From NCBI GenBank assembly GCA_002269645.1, contig NIVC01000153.1, positions 324,019 through 388,018 of the forward strand: a stretch of DNA of 64,000 bases, in the 5' to 3' direction. Of this stretch, positions 1 to 24,300 are shown piece after piece; the stretch's first letter is position 1, and every line of letters starts with the position of its first letter. The notes under the pieces were generated by a model. It had not been told where the DNA came from. It searched no databases and worked only from the letters and a program-made list of their open reading frames with translations. This stretch comes from Macrostomum lignano (lineage: Eukaryota). The position numbers and the translations under genes were made by a program.

Positions 1-648
1 TACAAAAATAGCGCTAGATTCACAAAAATAGCGCCAAATTCACAAAAATAGCGCCAGATTCACAAAATAGCGCCAGATTCACAAAATAGCGCCAGATTAA
101 CAAAATAGCGCCAGATTCACAAAATAGCGCCAGATTTACAAAAATAGCGCCATATTTACAAAATAGCGCTAGATTCACCAAATAGCGCCAAATTCACAAA
201 AATAGCGCCAGATTTACAAAAATAGCGCTAGATTTACAAAATAGCGCTAGATTCACAAAAATAGCGCCAGATTTACAAAAACAGCGCTAGATTCACCAAA
301 ATAGCGCCAGATTAACAAAAATAGCGCCAGATTCACAAGAATAGCGCCAGATTCACAAAATAGCACCAGATTCACAAAATAGCTCTAGATTTACAAAAAT
401 AGCGCCAGATTCACAAAATAGCGCCATATTCACAAAATAGCTCTAGATTTACAAAAATAGTGCCAGATTCACAAAATAGCGCCAGATTCACAAAATAGCT
501 CTAGATTTACAAAAATAGCGCCAGATTCACAAAATAGCGCTAGATTCACCAAATAGCGCCAGATTCACCAAAATAGCGCCAGATTTACAAAAATAGCGCT
601 AGATTTACAAAATAGCGCCAGATTCACAAAATAGCACCAGATTTACAA
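1..648. repeat. Tandem minisatellite, 20-21 bp unit (TTCACAAAATAGCGCCAGA)
   Basis: About 30 imperfect head-to-tail copies are directly visible; the array runs off the window start. Confidence 0.95.
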
Positions 649-1334
649 GTTCGCGCATTGTGCAACTGTGCTGTTTAGTGAACTTGAACAAATACAATAA
701 CGGCCATTACTGAAGAAAATGCTTAAGCTAAATACAAGCGTTACATTTACATTATAGAATCAGAATTAACAAAACTAATATTTCAGCTACCGAAAATGAT
801 GTTGGTTCTGGCTGCTGCACACGGGCTCTGACAGCCAGTCTGCCACTAAATGGAAAGAATCAGGGTCGGAGTTGTCTAGAAATAAAAGAAAATAAAAAAA
901 CGTTAACCGCTTCTGTAGTGTGGTGTGCCCTCTTCTCCAAGCAGCTTGCGATGGCTGGGCCAAGTCAAAACGCATCATTCATTCTTTCCAAAGAGAATTT
1001 CTGCTGGCTGTACAAAACAATTAAAAGCTTTTTGTACAGCCTGTGGAATGGTCTGCAGGTCCGAATCTACGGAGCAGAGTACAGAGACTGGCGGTGTGCC
1101 CCAGTCCCAGCAAAGCTAATAGCTAATCACGTGGTTTAATGGAAATTCAAACTGCACTGGGCGGCCGGCTTCTGTCATGGCCTTCTCTAGACATGAGCAG
1201 TTGGACTGCAAGTTTCCGTCCAATGTAGCTTTAATTGACTTTTGACTATTATATTCATTTTTTCTTAACTTTGAAAGTGTCCGAACCCAGTTTCAGGTAG
1301 CATCCATCCAGCTCTACAGGATTTTGCTTGCCAC

Positions 1335-2112
1335 TGGGGGCGCCATTCGCGCCAACTTGAAGGCGCAAACGAGGGTCGCCAACTGGGGGCGCCAAACTGG
1401 GGGCGCCAATTAGGGTTGCCAACTAGGGACGCCATCTATGGGCGCCAATTAGGGTTGCCGCCTAGGGGCACCAACTGGGGGCTCCAACTGGGGGCGCCAA
1501 CTGGGGGCGCCAATTAGGGTTTGCCAACTGGGGGCGCCAACTATGGGCGCCAATAGGGTTTGCCAACTGGGGGCGCCAACTATGGGCGCCAATTAGGGTT
1601 TGCCAACTGGGGCGCCAACTATGGGCGCCAATAGGGTTTGCCAACTGGGGGCGCCAACTATGGGCGCCAATTAGGGTTTGCCAACTGGGGCGCCAACTGG
1701 GGGCGCCAACTGGGGGTGCCAACTGTGGGCGCCAACTGGGGGCGCCAACTGTGGGCGCCAACTGGGGGCGCCAACTGGGGGCGCCAACTGGGGGCGCCAA
1801 CTGGGGGCGCCAACTGGGGGCGCCAACTGGGGGCGCCAACTGGGGGCGCCAACTGGGGGCGCCAACTGGGGGCGCCAACTGGGGGCGCCAACTGAGGGCG
1901 CCAACTTGGGGCGCCAACTATGGGCGCCATTTAGGGTTTGCCAACTGGGGGCGCCAACTGGGGTCGCCAAACTGGGGGTGCCAACTTGGGGTGCCAACTA
2001 TGGGCGCCATTTAGGGTTTGCCAACTGGGACCGCCAACTGGGGGCGCCAAACTGGGGGTTGCCAGCTGGGACCGCCAACTGGGGGCGCCAAACTGGGGGT
2101 TGCCAACTGTGG
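1335..2112. repeat. G-rich tandem repeat (GGGGCGCCAACT core) with interspersed AATTAGGGTTT variants
   Basis: Directly visible; it accounts for the repetitive ORFs at 1462-2271. Confidence 0.95.
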
Positions 2113-2779
2113 GTTATGAGCGGGACGTTGTCTTTTGTCTTTGTGGGCCGGGGCGCCCCCCTCACCGTAGGATCTGTATCTGCTCCTTGTCCTACGCTAG
2201 ACACGTTGTCTGTTTTAAAATGTCCTAGCTTAGCATTCCAGATGTTATTCTGCAGAAGTCCGCGGCATTGAAGCGCGCCGGAGCCTGTTCCAGTCCAGGG
2301 GGGGGGGCGTTCATTGGCCTGGCGAACAAAAATGAGGCGGGTGTGTGGAGGAAGGCCGGGGTGGCAGTCTAAAGAGTAAAATATTTGCCGCTTGACTTGC
2401 TCTCCCTCTCGCTCCAAGCTGTTTTTGCCTTCTCTAACGGGAAAAGAATCCCCCAAAATTATCCTTCTATCTGTTTATTTACTCCAGATTCCAGAACCGC
2501 TTCTCAACATATATACGGTTTGAAGTGGTTTTGAGACTGTTTTTCTCAACTATAAATTTTATCAGTTTTACAGCCGCCTTATCTTAAATTAAACTCCTTT
2601 TCATAAGAGCCACCTCTCCGTTCTCTTCTTATCTTAGATTCCCAAAGCGGCATTTAACAGACTAATTACGAGCTATTACTCCGGTTCCGATCCGGTTCAA
2701 AAGGTTTTTCGGTTGAGTATTTATATTCTGTCAGTTGGAACTTTATCAGTTTAATATAGCGCCAGCGAAATCCAGCAGC

Positions 2780-12325
<9,546 letters not shown>

Positions 12326-13604
12326 TCTGGTGAAGAGGCTCGGCTTTAGCGTGGGGAAGAACACGGAGAATCTATCGGGATTTAATTTCACGATTGAGTA
12401 ATTAATTGAGCTTTAAATTGAGTTTCTGTCAGTTCATCGCTACAAGAGCAGTGGGGAAAAAGGAGTTGACAGTGAATGCAAATATGCCGAGTTTTTTCAA
12501 GTAATTCGTACAGCATAGGGAAATTTCAAAAGTAAAAATGTCGATCAGGTTACTAATTTTCCCTTTTTAGTCTACTAATCGATTAAAAATCGCATTAAAA
12601 ATATAAGAGCAAATTTTATTTATGTTAAAATTAAAAATTTCGGAATCAGTTTAAATCTGTAATGATTACGCTTTGCTTTGTCCGTGCGCTTTTATCTGTG
12701 TTGTCAAATTATTTCAAATTTCAACTGGCAAATAACTGTACTTTTTGATTTCGCTATAATTGCAAATATGTTTTGTTAAAATCAACCAAGCGTTTCAAAT
12801 TTTATTTTTAAATTATAACAAAAATTATGTTTAGCTTTTTTTTACTCGCGAACTTGAGTGGCCAAGTGAACCAGTGTAATTTAGTTCAACTTGCTGGCAA
12901 TTTCTGTGTTTTTGTTTAACCTGAAATTCTCCCAAATAAAACCAGAGCAAAGTCAAGCCCTGATCTTCTTTGCCCGCCCAACCATGCGCTAAAGTTGTGA
13001 AAGTTAGAGCTGATTTCCAAGCCCCATTGTGAAATGCGATCGGTTTTGCAATAGAACTACAGCTAGAGAAACTCTAGAGACGTGTTGCTGTCGGATCGAA
13101 AGGCAAACAAGAAGCTTGGAAAGAAGCCGCCGCAAATTACAACTTGTGACCCCCTCAAATTTAAACAAAAATTTCGAATTCTGCGCTTTAACTTTTCCAA
13201 TTTACTGTGCTAAGATAAATCTTTAACGCTTTTTTGTTTACTTATTCAATTTTCTTCAATGCGAGCGATTCTTTTCGGATGAATTTTTCAGCTCCGAGAG
13301 ATTTAGATTTTTTAAAACTGAATCGGTGGCCGACAGGTTTAAACAAAAAATTATCTAAATTATCGCTCTAGTCTGGTCTTGACCTACCTGTATGCAAGCA
13401 GCAGTGGACCGCAGACCGCTGCTTTTGATAGCATCAGCTTTTTCAAGTCACAGGAAGGCAGCGACCTGTTCGGTTTTATTACGTTGCACTTTTAGCGCGT
13501 GACTTAATTTTTCGATAGGGCTTGAGCGGTAGTGCAGGATGAAAGATTAACAGGCTTCATTATCTGTCCTTTATTCTCCTAGCAGAAAATACAACTAAGA
13601 GAAA

Positions 13605-16060
13605 GTGGAGAGGCAGATTCAAGCACTGAGACAGCGAAGAGGCAGATTCAAGCATTGAGACACGGAGAGGCAGATTCAAGCATTGAGACACGGAGAGGCA
13701 TGCAGATTCAAGCATTGAGACACGGAGAGGCATGCAGATTCAAGCATTGAGACACGGAGAGGCAGATTCAAGCATTGAGACACGGAAAGGCAGATTCAAG
13801 CATTGAGACACGGAGAGGCAGATTCAAGCATTGAGACACGGAAAGGCAGATTCAAGCATTGAGACACGGAGAGGCAGATTCAAGCATTGAGACACGGAGA
13901 GGCAGATTCAAGCATTGAGACACGGAGAGGCATGCAGATTCAAGCATTGAGACACGGAGAGGCATGCAGATTCAAGCATTGAGACACGGAGAGGCAGATT
14001 CAAGCATTGAGACACGGAGAGGCAGATTCAAGCACTGAAACAGCGGAGAGGCAGATTCAAGCACTGAAACAGCGGAGATGCAGATTCAAGCACTGAAACA
14101 GCGGAGAGGCAGATTCAAGCATTGAGACACGGAGAGGCATGCAGATTCAAGCACTGAAACAGCGGAGAGGCAGATTCAAGCACTGAAACAGCGGAGAGGC
14201 AGATTCAAGCACTGAAACAGCGGAGAGGCAGATTCAAGCACTGAAACAGCGGAGAGGCATGCAGATTCAAGCATTGAGACAGCGGAGAGGCATGCAGATT
14301 CAAGCACTGAAACAGCGGAGAGGCATGCAGATTCAAGCATTGAGACAGCGGAGAGGCATGCAGATTCAAGCATTGAGACAGCGGAGAGGCATGCAGATTC
14401 AAGCATTGAGACACGGAGAGGCAGATTCAAGCATTGAGACACGGAGAGGCATGCAGATTCAAGCATTGAGACACGGAGAGGCAGATTCAAGCATTGAGAC
14501 ACGAAGAGGCAGATTCAAGCACTGAGACAGCGAAGAGGCAGATTCAAGCATTGAGACACGGAGAGGCAGATTCAAGCATTGAGACACGGAGAGGCAGATT
14601 CAAGCATTGAGACACGGAGAGGCAGATTCAAGCATTGAGACACGGAGAGGCAGATTCAAGCATTGAGACACGGAGAGGCAGATTCAAGCACTGAGACAGC
14701 GGAGAGGCATGCAGATTCAAGCATTGAGACAGCGGAGAGGCATGCAGATTCAAGCACTGAAACAGCGGAGAGGCAGATTCAAGCATTGAGACAGCGGAGA
14801 GGCATGCAGATTCAAGCACTGAAACAGCGGAGAGGCATGCAGATTCAAGCATTGAGACAGCGGAGAGGCATGCAGATTCAAGCATTGAGACAGCGGAGAG
14901 GCATGCAGATTCAAGCACTGAAACAGCGGAGAGGCATGCAGATTCAAGCATTGAGACAGCGGAGAGGCATGCAGATTCAAGCATTGAGACAGCGGAGAGG
15001 CATGCAGATTCAAGCATTGAGACAGCGGAGAGGCATGCAGATTCAAGCATTGAGACAGCGGAGAGGCATGCAGATTCAAGCACTGAAACAGCGGAGAGGC
15101 ATGCAGATTCAAGCACTGAAACAGCGGAGAGGCAGATTCAAGCATTGAGACAGCGGAGAGGCATGCAGATTCAAGCACTGAAACAGCGGAGAGGCATGCA
15201 GATTCAAGCATTGAGACAGCGGAGAGGCATGCAGATTCAAGCACTGAAACAGCGGAGAGGCAGATTCAAGCATTGAGACAGCGGAGAGGCATGCAGATTC
15301 AAGCACTGAAACAGCGGAGAGGCATGCAGATTCAAGCATTGAGACAGCGGAGAGGCATGCAGATTCAAGCATTGAGACAGCGGAGAGGCATGCAGATTCA
15401 AGCATTGAGACAGCGGAGAGGCATGCAGATTCAAGCATTGAGACAGCGGAGAGGCATGCAGATTCAAGCACTGAAACAGCGGAGAGGCATGCAGATTCAA
15501 GCACTGAAACAGCGGAGAGGCAGATTCAAGCATTGAGACAGCGGAGAGGCATGCAGATTCAAGCACTGAAACAGCGGAGAGGCATGCAGATTCAAGCATT
15601 GAGACAGCGGAGAGGCATGCAGATTCAAGCACTGAAACAGCGGAGAGGCAGATTCAAGCATTGAGACAGCGGAGAGGCATGCAGATTCAAGCACTGAAAC
15701 AGCGGAGAGGCATGCAGATTCAAGCATTGAGACAGCGGAGAGGCATGCAGATTCAAGCATTGAGACAGCGGAGAGGCATGCAGATTCAAGCATTGAGACA
15801 GCGGAGAGGCATGCAGATTCAAGCACTGAAACAGCGGAGAGGCATGCAGATTCAAGCATTGAGACAGCGGAGAGGCATGCAGATTCAAGCATTGAGACAG
15901 CGGAGAGGCATGCAGATTCAAGCATTGAGACAGCGGAGAGGCATGCAGATTCAAGCATTGAGACAGCGGAGAGGCATGCAGATTCAAGCATTGAGACAGC
16001 GGAGAGGCATGCAGATTCAAGCATTGAGACAGCGGAGAGGCATGCAGATTCAAGCAGTGG
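13605..16060. repeat. 28-33 bp minisatellite (GCATTGAGACAGCGGAGAGGCATGCAGATTCAA)
   Basis: Directly visible; it accounts for the repetitive ORFs at 14176-16263. Confidence 0.97.
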
Positions 16061-17141
16061 AGAGGCAGGTTAAAGGATTGGGGGAGGCGAAGCGAGAGGC
16101 TGAGTCACTTCCAGCTGGGTATAGAAACCAAAAAGCTTCGGATAGACCTGCGCGCATACAGCATTGTGGCTATATTTTTCAGCTTTCAGTTTTTGTGATG
16201 TTAACTCCTACGATTGACCCAGCTGAGAGGTCACCATGTGTGTCAACACTTGCATTTGTGTAGCCACTGTAGTACAGACCAGATATTAGTTCGGAACTGT
16301 GCTCAGATACGTGAATATCCTACTGCTGTAGGCCAATGCGCATTAATCAAAGTATTACGTGACTTCAGTATTGGCATCTATACAAACGTCATGACATAAA
16401 CTCTTGTACTGGTTGCCGGGAATATTGGTTGTCACCCACTGTCACTCATTTTACTCCAATGCGTCGTACCTCACTACTGAAGTAATATTTCGCATGTTTC
16501 CCTAAAGGCCATCTGTTGAAATTTGTCTTAAAATAAATCTTAGGAGACAATTGTTCATAATGATATAGATAGATTATCCTAAGATCTTGCAAAAATGTTT
16601 TCCAAGATTCTTCTTTTAGGTTTCCGTAATTGTCGAAGAAAGCTTAGAATATTTGTCAGTAAATCTTACGCCTGACGATGCTAGTATAAATATTATTGAA
16701 TTTCTTACACTTGGGCCCTTGATGACATTTTGGCAAATTTAAGCTGCTGTACTTATTGAGTTGATACTTGGATGAGTCGTAACAGTGCAAAAATAGAAAA
16801 TAATCGGAAGAATTAGTCCAAGAACATGACTTAAAAGCAGGATTTCTAGAGGTGCTTCCTAAAAGGTTTTTTTAGGAAGAACGCAAGATTATCTTGGAAA
16901 ATTCTAAGAAGTGTGCATGGTATTAAATGTGTGGACTTTTTAATTGCTACATGTGCTTGCAGATGTTCAAGTTGTTGTTTTATATTACGAGTAGCTAAGT
17001 ACCTGGTAAGTCTATGGTTAAATATGATCACCTGATGAACATACTCTATGAACTGCATGCACTGAAATTATAAGTACAATCAAAATACGACATCCTTTTT
17101 GTTCCGCACTGACACGCGAAAGGAATTCCTGCCGCATTGGA

Positions 17142-18974
17142 ATGCCAGCCAAGAAGAAGCGGCCATCAACCAGCAGCTGGCTGCTGCAGGAGCAGCTCGA
17201 TTCCGACTCAGAAACTGACGTGCCGCCGCCCGCCGCTGCTCTGCAAGGCTTGGAGGAGGATGAGGCCAGCAATGGTCCGGTTTTCACCATTAAAAATGAG
17301 GAGAGCTCAGAGATTGTGGAGTTTGCCCATCCCGGCTCGGATGGTGAGTAACGTTGAATTAAATGTGACTTTTTGGTTCGAAATTAACTTTCGAATAGTG
17401 AGTTCAAACGGTGTGTTGGAGCTGCCTTAATAATCCTGCGACAGGGGCAGGGCAGGTCAGCGGCAAACACCTCCGAATCTCGCGGCACAACCGCGGCAAC
17501 ATTCATTTGGGGCTTGTGTGCACTTGTAAAGCGAGGGGTGTCCATGAGGGCCAACTCCCCAAGGCACACAGAGTGTTCATGCCTGACGGTTAGACAGCCA
17601 GGGCCGATGTACACCCTGTGTGAGCGAGTGTACGAGTGCGTACTTGCGTACAGTATTGGCGCGCTGCCATGTGCTCAGTAGTCAGCGGAATGGGCAGAAT
17701 TGCCTCAGCGCTGGTTGTGGGAAGATGTAGCCGAAGGCTGTGACGTTTATTAAACTAGCTTAGCCACAGCCTCCTGCCAGTATTTACAATTTTAAGCCTG
17801 GGACTTGTGGGTTTCCAATGGTAAAGTTGGATCCATGATTTTGTAGAGTGTTATGAACCCAAAAAGCTAGAAGAACTGGATTTTGAAATTGAAATTTCTC
17901 TTTTAGGGTATATACATCGGAAGTATCTCAGTATCCCAGCCTATAGCTACGCTACTATAGCTGGTCAGGGGCTTTGAGAGACTACAGGGCCGCTTGTACG
18001 AACATACGCTTTATGTACTATACATGTATGCATTTTTACGAGTTGCATAATGCATGTACAATACATCAGTTGCTCTCCAATCGTCCCCTCATCTATCAAG
18101 ATCGATATGGGCGCTCACTAAAGCACGTTAAAAGACGGGAGCGCCCACTAAGACACGTTAAGAGATGGGAACACCCACTAAGACACGTAAAGAGACGGGA
18201 ACGCCCACTAAGACACGTTAAGAGATGGGAGCGCCCCACTAAGACACGTTAAGAGACGGGAACACCCACTAAGACACGTTAAGAGACGGGAACGCCCACT
18301 AAGACACGTTAAGAGATGGGAGCGCCCACTAAGACACGTTAAGAGACGGGAACACCCACTAAGACACGTTAAGAGACGGGAACACCCACTAAGACACTTT
18401 AAGAGACGGGAACACCCACTAAGACACGTAAAGAGACGGGAACGCCCACTAAGACACGTTAAGAGATGGGAACGCCCGCTAAGACACGTAAAGAGACGGA
18501 AACGCCCACTAAGAAAGCGTAATTCCAATGAGTCAAAGCACAGCTGGCACAGAGCTGCCGCGCTATTTCAATTGATCAGGCGGTAAGCGGTACTCATCTC
18601 AGCTGCGCTGGAGCGTCGCGCAGAGCTGCACTCCGACACAGAGCAGCCTGGACTTCTACGCCAGGCGAAAGCAGAGCCAGTCGCAGCTCAGCAGGCGCTC
18701 TCAACTAGCCGAAGAGCTCAGCCAGAGCGAGATCACGCGCAGCCTGGTCTCAAGCCGGTGCAGCTCGTCATCCGTGGTGCCGAAGTCGATCAAAAAGGCG
18801 TCAGGCGCTCGCAGCCAGCCGAGGCATTCAATGCGCTACCCGAGCGTCGGCAGCCTGGACCTGGAGAAATTCCTCTCCCAGTCGTCTCCCGAGTCTGACG
18901 ATGACGAATTGAACGACAGCGCGGCTAAGAAGATGGAGCGGCAAAGCAAAGATGTGCAGGACAGGAATAAATAA
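17142..18974 (+). CDS. Possible small orphan gene (acidic/basic exon 17142-17344 with GTGAGT donor; Ser-rich open frame 18603-18974)
   Basis: GC-rich, exon-like composition and a donor site. No recognisable domain, and exon phases are not clearly compatible. Confidence 0.3.
17490..17745 (+). mobile_element. SINE family A copy (body and tail)
   Basis: Shares CATTCATTTGGGGCTTG, GAGGGCCAAC.CCCCAAGGCAC, GTACACCCTGTGTGAGCG and GTCAGCGGAATGGGCAG blocks with the copies at 22.4, 42.2, 46.1, 48.4 and 48.9 kb. Confidence 0.8.
18120..18515. repeat. 30 bp minisatellite (CCCACTAAGACACGTTAAGAGACGGGAAC)
   Basis: Directly visible. Confidence 0.92.
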
Positions 18975-21308
18975 TTATAAGTAAAAAATCATCGCCTCTC
19001 TGGACTTGATGATGGACTTGGACCGCCAATCGAATTATCCTGATCTTTTTCGTTATTTCTACAGCGTATCTTATTACCGGAATGTTTATTGTAAAAACAA
19101 ATATACAATTCTACTTGGCAGCTGAACTGTATATAAGTGCTGCTGGTGCTATAAGATCGCAAAAGCACGACATGGGTACATTACAGCTTGTCAGACAGAC
19201 GTCTCTGGTTAGTAAATGTACAATCCAGAGCGAGTATGTATTAAATCTGCTTAGTATGAATTAGTCACACAAATGGCTTTGAAGACCGTCTCCGATAAGA
19301 GACAGAGGGTTATTCTCTTTTTCATTATATACAGTAAAATGCAGTAAAAGTTGCTGCTTCCTGCATGTTGCATGTGCTACTGTAGCGGATGTATATGTAC
19401 ATATCTGATGTACATGTAGACGTGTAGTACATACACAGTAATGTTTTGCGCATACCCTGGAAGTATTCAATTACTTACAACTGTATAATAAACCTACGGA
19501 GTTATAAGTCGCTCTTTCGTAGTATGCTACAACGTAGATTCAAATATATATTCAAAGGGTTAAAGACCAGGGATGATCAAGGGGTCAAGTATATAGCACA
19601 GCAGTAGTACACATGAACGAGTCTATGCTGGAATTCAGGCTGCGATTGACTTCAGATGCACGCGAATGCTAAAGTGAGCAATACGAGCTAATGCATCATT
19701 ATCAAGGATGACTATAAATTTGCATTGTGCATGCATGTATGCATGCGAATGGTAGGTGCTCAAAATGTGTGTATATAAATTCCCACTGACTTGGAGAAAC
19801 GCAAAGCAGATTTCAATCAGTTATGATAATGATAATAACGTACTCGTAGCTATTGTACAAGACACAGCTAGTAGTCCACGGAGCTTAGAAGTGTCCTAAT
19901 CATCTTATTCGATGCTAGCTAAAACATGTAAAGTATAACCTCGTGCGGTCGTGCTCGTACCTATGAGAACTCAACGTTCGCGCGTATTATCTATTTAAAT
20001 AAATTGTTAAACATTTTAAAGCGATTAACAAAACTTTGAACCGCTTATTCTAAGAGATGCGCATCTCACTGTTTTAAAAAGCACACTTAAATTTCAAAGA
20101 ATTTAATTTAGAATGCATATAAACAGAAGTTTGTTTGTGAAAATGGATCTATGCCCGCACCAATTAAAAACACACGAAAACCTTAAATTTACAAGAACCG
20201 CATACCGCATACATACAAATTCTAGGAGCCGTACAAATTTACTGCTTCTATAGCCGTCGTAAAGTTTTTATTATATTACTATTGTATTTCTATACATATA
20301 TCAGCATTGTATCGTCATGAATAATTAGGTATTTTTTGTTTACCAGTCGTGCAACTTTTATAAGTATATTTATATTTTTCAGCAATAACCCTTCCGTCTG
20401 GCTTCTACAAACGACAGACTGCAGAACGACAGACGATAGTTCCTAAAAATGTTTTTGAAAGACTAAACTTGCAAAAAAATATTTTTTTCTTTTCAGTAAG
20501 ACTATGACTATAGACTTATCTATAACTATGTTGCTTATTTTACTGTTTATTAACAATAAGATTGAATAATAATTGTTTATATAAAATTAATTTAAAGTCA
20601 TATGAGCATACTTTTGTTTTTAAGCATAATATTTGGCTAATTCTATGGAATATAGAAGCATTCCATGCAACGCTATGTTGCTATCTAACTGTTTTATAGA
20701 TTATCATTAGCTTTTTATATTAGATAATGATCACATTGTTTTATTTGCTTTGGTAATTTTTTGTTTTTGTAAAGTAACCCTGGTTGTACTAGCTTTCATT
20801 TTTTAATATTTTGCTAGTTACTGACAATTAGCAGAATACGAGTATTTGAAGTTCATAAAATGAATTCCATCAGTATAATGCCCATTTATAATATAAATTA
20901 TGTGTTTTTATTTAATTTTTGGAAATTTTAGGTTATTTCTAAATTGGGGCCCAAATTGTATGCAATGCAGCAATATATAAATAGTATTACTTGTTACACA
21001 ATTTACAGTCTTTATCATAGGAAGACCTTAAAATAAATATTAATTTTTTCTGCCTACCCAAATAAAAATAATTTTTGATACACTACTTTTAAAATTCACC
21101 CTTTAAAAAAAGGCATATGTTGTATGGAAAAACAAGGTTTTTGTCAGTTTCAATGCCAACTTAATATTTCTGATTACATTTATTATTGGATTGAATTTTC
21201 AGTCTGTATGTGAATGAATTTGAACCATATTTTTAAGTGAACTCCAAATATTATTTCTAGAGTTATATTAGTAACAAAACAAAACCTTTTTCTACAGGCG
21301 TGTGCACA

Positions 21309-24300
21309 ATGCCGGCAGTCAGTGCCAGCAAGGCCGCCCGCCTGTGGGCCTGTGCACTCCTGCTGGCCATTGTCTGCGCTGCTGGCGGTCCAACCCAGGC
21401 TGCCGCGCTAATTCTCGCAGCTGTCTGCTTTGCCGCTGGCTGCCTGACCAGCTTCTGTCGGGCTGGCCGGCTTGTGCACCAGAGGCGTGGACCTCAGTTC
21501 CCCACCAGCCTGCCTGCTTCCACCTGCCCGGCCGGTCGCGGCCTCCGCACTGCTAGCCAGAGCAACGGCAGCGGCCCTGATGAAGCTGCGCATGACGGCT
21601 CAGGCCGCTGCATCACCGAGGACCTGCGAATCGACCAGCAGCTGGATGACCTGCTCGACTGCTCCGTTCGCGAATTCGTCTCGGCCGCCTGGTACGACCG
21701 GCTCTCCGACTGTCCGGCCGTGCCCGCCGAGCTGCGCCGCCTCTCCCGTTCCGTAGTTGTCGGCGCCTGCCAGCGCGCCAGCCGCGCCGACTGGACGGGC
21801 TGGCTGACCCGGCGCGCGCCCGATTTGTTTGCCGGCCACGTCCGGCTCTACCGGCGGAGCCTGCAGCGGCGCCAGGCCGACCCGGCCGCCGGCTTCTTCC
21901 GTCTCGAGCGCGAGATCGATGGCCGCTCGAGGGCCGTCCTGTGCCGGAGCCGGCGCCGGCTGGGCGAGTTTCTCGGCCGCCTGGCCGAATCTCTGGCCGG
22001 CCGGCTGTTGCTGGGGGCGCCGGCGCCGGGTGGACACCCTTGCCATCGGCGCCTATTCGCCGAATTGGCCGCCTCAACCATCCTGCGCGGCATAGATTGG
22101 CTGGCCAGTCCGGACAGCGTCAATCAGCTGATTGTGCGCCTGAGCCGACCCTGCGATGTGGACAGCCTGCTGCAGGTGAGTCTCGGGCACAGTAAGCAGT
22201 GTTGACTGCGGCTAGCTCAAAGGTTGATTAGGCTGAACTCACCCAAAAAAGTTAACAGACGCATCCGAATCGAATTTCCTGAGTTATTGGCTTGGGATGC
22301 CAATTTTTAGTTTGCAGAAGATGGAGGCGGCTTGCCAGAGTGGCGCATCCCAATTTATTTGGATCCCACAACTGGATCGGCTGTTTAAGTGTCAGTGTAA
22401 TCATTGGAAATTGTTAAGACTGATCAACATTCACGGGAGGGCTGTAGGCACCTACGCAGGCACGCACTCGTACACTCGCTCACACAGGGTGTACATCGGC
22501 CCTGGCACTCTCTGCGCCTTGGGGGTTGGCCCTCATGGACACCCCCCCCCGCTTTACTTTTGTGCACAAAAGCCCCAAATGAATGTAGCCGCTCGCGAAA
22601 TTGAACCGTATGTTAAGAATCTTGTGAGCACCATATCGCTGATAATCATTAGCGTTACCGGAATTGGGCGTGCCATTAGCCAAGCTATCCGTTCCATTTC
22701 ACAGAAAAATTCGATCTGCTAAAGACAGCTTTCTCGCCCCAACCCCCCCCCCTTTCGCAGGCGCTGTCGGCAACAGCCGATCCAGATGAGGTGGCCGCAC
22801 TGGACAGTTTCGCCGCCGCCGAGGTGGCCCGCCTCCGTGCGCGCGACTGCGGCGGCAGCGACGACGACGAGGTTCGCGCCGGCATGGCCAGCCTGGACTT
22901 CCTGCGGCGGCGCTGCCACGAGCGGGCGGCCCAGCTGCGCAGGCGGCGGTTGCCGTTTAGCGCTGTGATGGACAACCCGGCTGGGCTGGCAGCCTTTCAC
23001 TCCTACCTGGACTCCGCCGGCTTCGGCCGCTACCTGGGCTTCTATCTCAATATTGAAGGCTGGCGTGGCGGCGGCAGCAGCTCGGAGGCCGCCGTCTGCA
23101 TTTTGGCTGATCATTTGGAAGGCCCGGCAGCTCAGGTGAGCTCACCTTGCTAAAATTGCCAATGTTCAAATCTGCCAAATCTGCCTCCTCTCTGTAACAA
23201 AACTGCCTTGATTACTGCTCAAATCTGCTGTCCCTGTGTCAGAACTGCTTCGAGCACTGCTCAAATCTGCTGTCCCTGTGTCAGAACTGCTTCGAGCACT
23301 GCTCAAATCTGCTGTCCCTGTGTCAGAACTGCTTTGAGCACTGCTCAAATCTGCTGTCCCTGTATCAGAACTGCTTTGAGCACTGCTCAAATCTGCTGTC
23401 CCTGTGTCAGAACTGCTTTGAGCACTGCTCAAATCTGCTGTCCCTGTATCAGAACTGCATTCAGCACTGCTCAAATCTGCTGTCCCTGTATCAGAACTGC
23501 TTTGAGTACTGCTCAAATCTGCTGTCCCTGTATTAGAACTGCATTCAGCACTGCTTATTGAATCTGATGTCCCTGTACTAGAACTGCCCTAAGCACTGCT
23601 CAAATCTTCTATCCTCACCGCAACTGCAGGAGCTCCGCCAGCTCAACTCATCCATAATCCGGCGTGCTCAACAGCTGCTTCACGCGGCCTCATCGGCGAC
23701 AACTCCGGCTGCCAGTCGGTCAGCACCATCGGGTCTGGCCGCGGTGCTGGAGGATCTTCGCGCCGACCTGCTGAGGCTGCTAGCCCAGAGCCAATTCTAC
23801 GGCCAGTTCACCAACAGCGAGGAGTACAGGCAGCTGCTGGACAGTCTGGCCGATGAGGCGGAGGCTGCGGACTCTTCCGGCGACGTTTTGGCCGGGTCGG
23901 AGTCCGGGCCCATGGATGACAACGGCGGCAGTGGTGACGGTGATGTTAGCGGCTCAGATACCGAACTCCTAGCCAGTGTTGTTCGGCACGAGACAACTCG
24001 GGTGAGCTATTGCTGAGTCAGTTGCAGTTCTTACATGTATGGCTTCTTTTCTTCGAATCGTTTTCCTACTGTGTTGAGTCGAATGAACAGCCAAGGCTGG
24101 ATTTTAAGCAGAGTTGGTCTTGGTTAGTACGCAGCTGAATAGGGTTGCGTCACACCCCCCCCTCCAAGGCAGCGAGTCCAGCGACAGTGATTGAGTTGGT
24201 TGGCAAGTTGAGCGAAGCCGCCGATATCTACCTACCTACCTACCTACCTACCTACCTACCTACCTACCTACCTACCTACCTACCTACCTACCTACTTACC

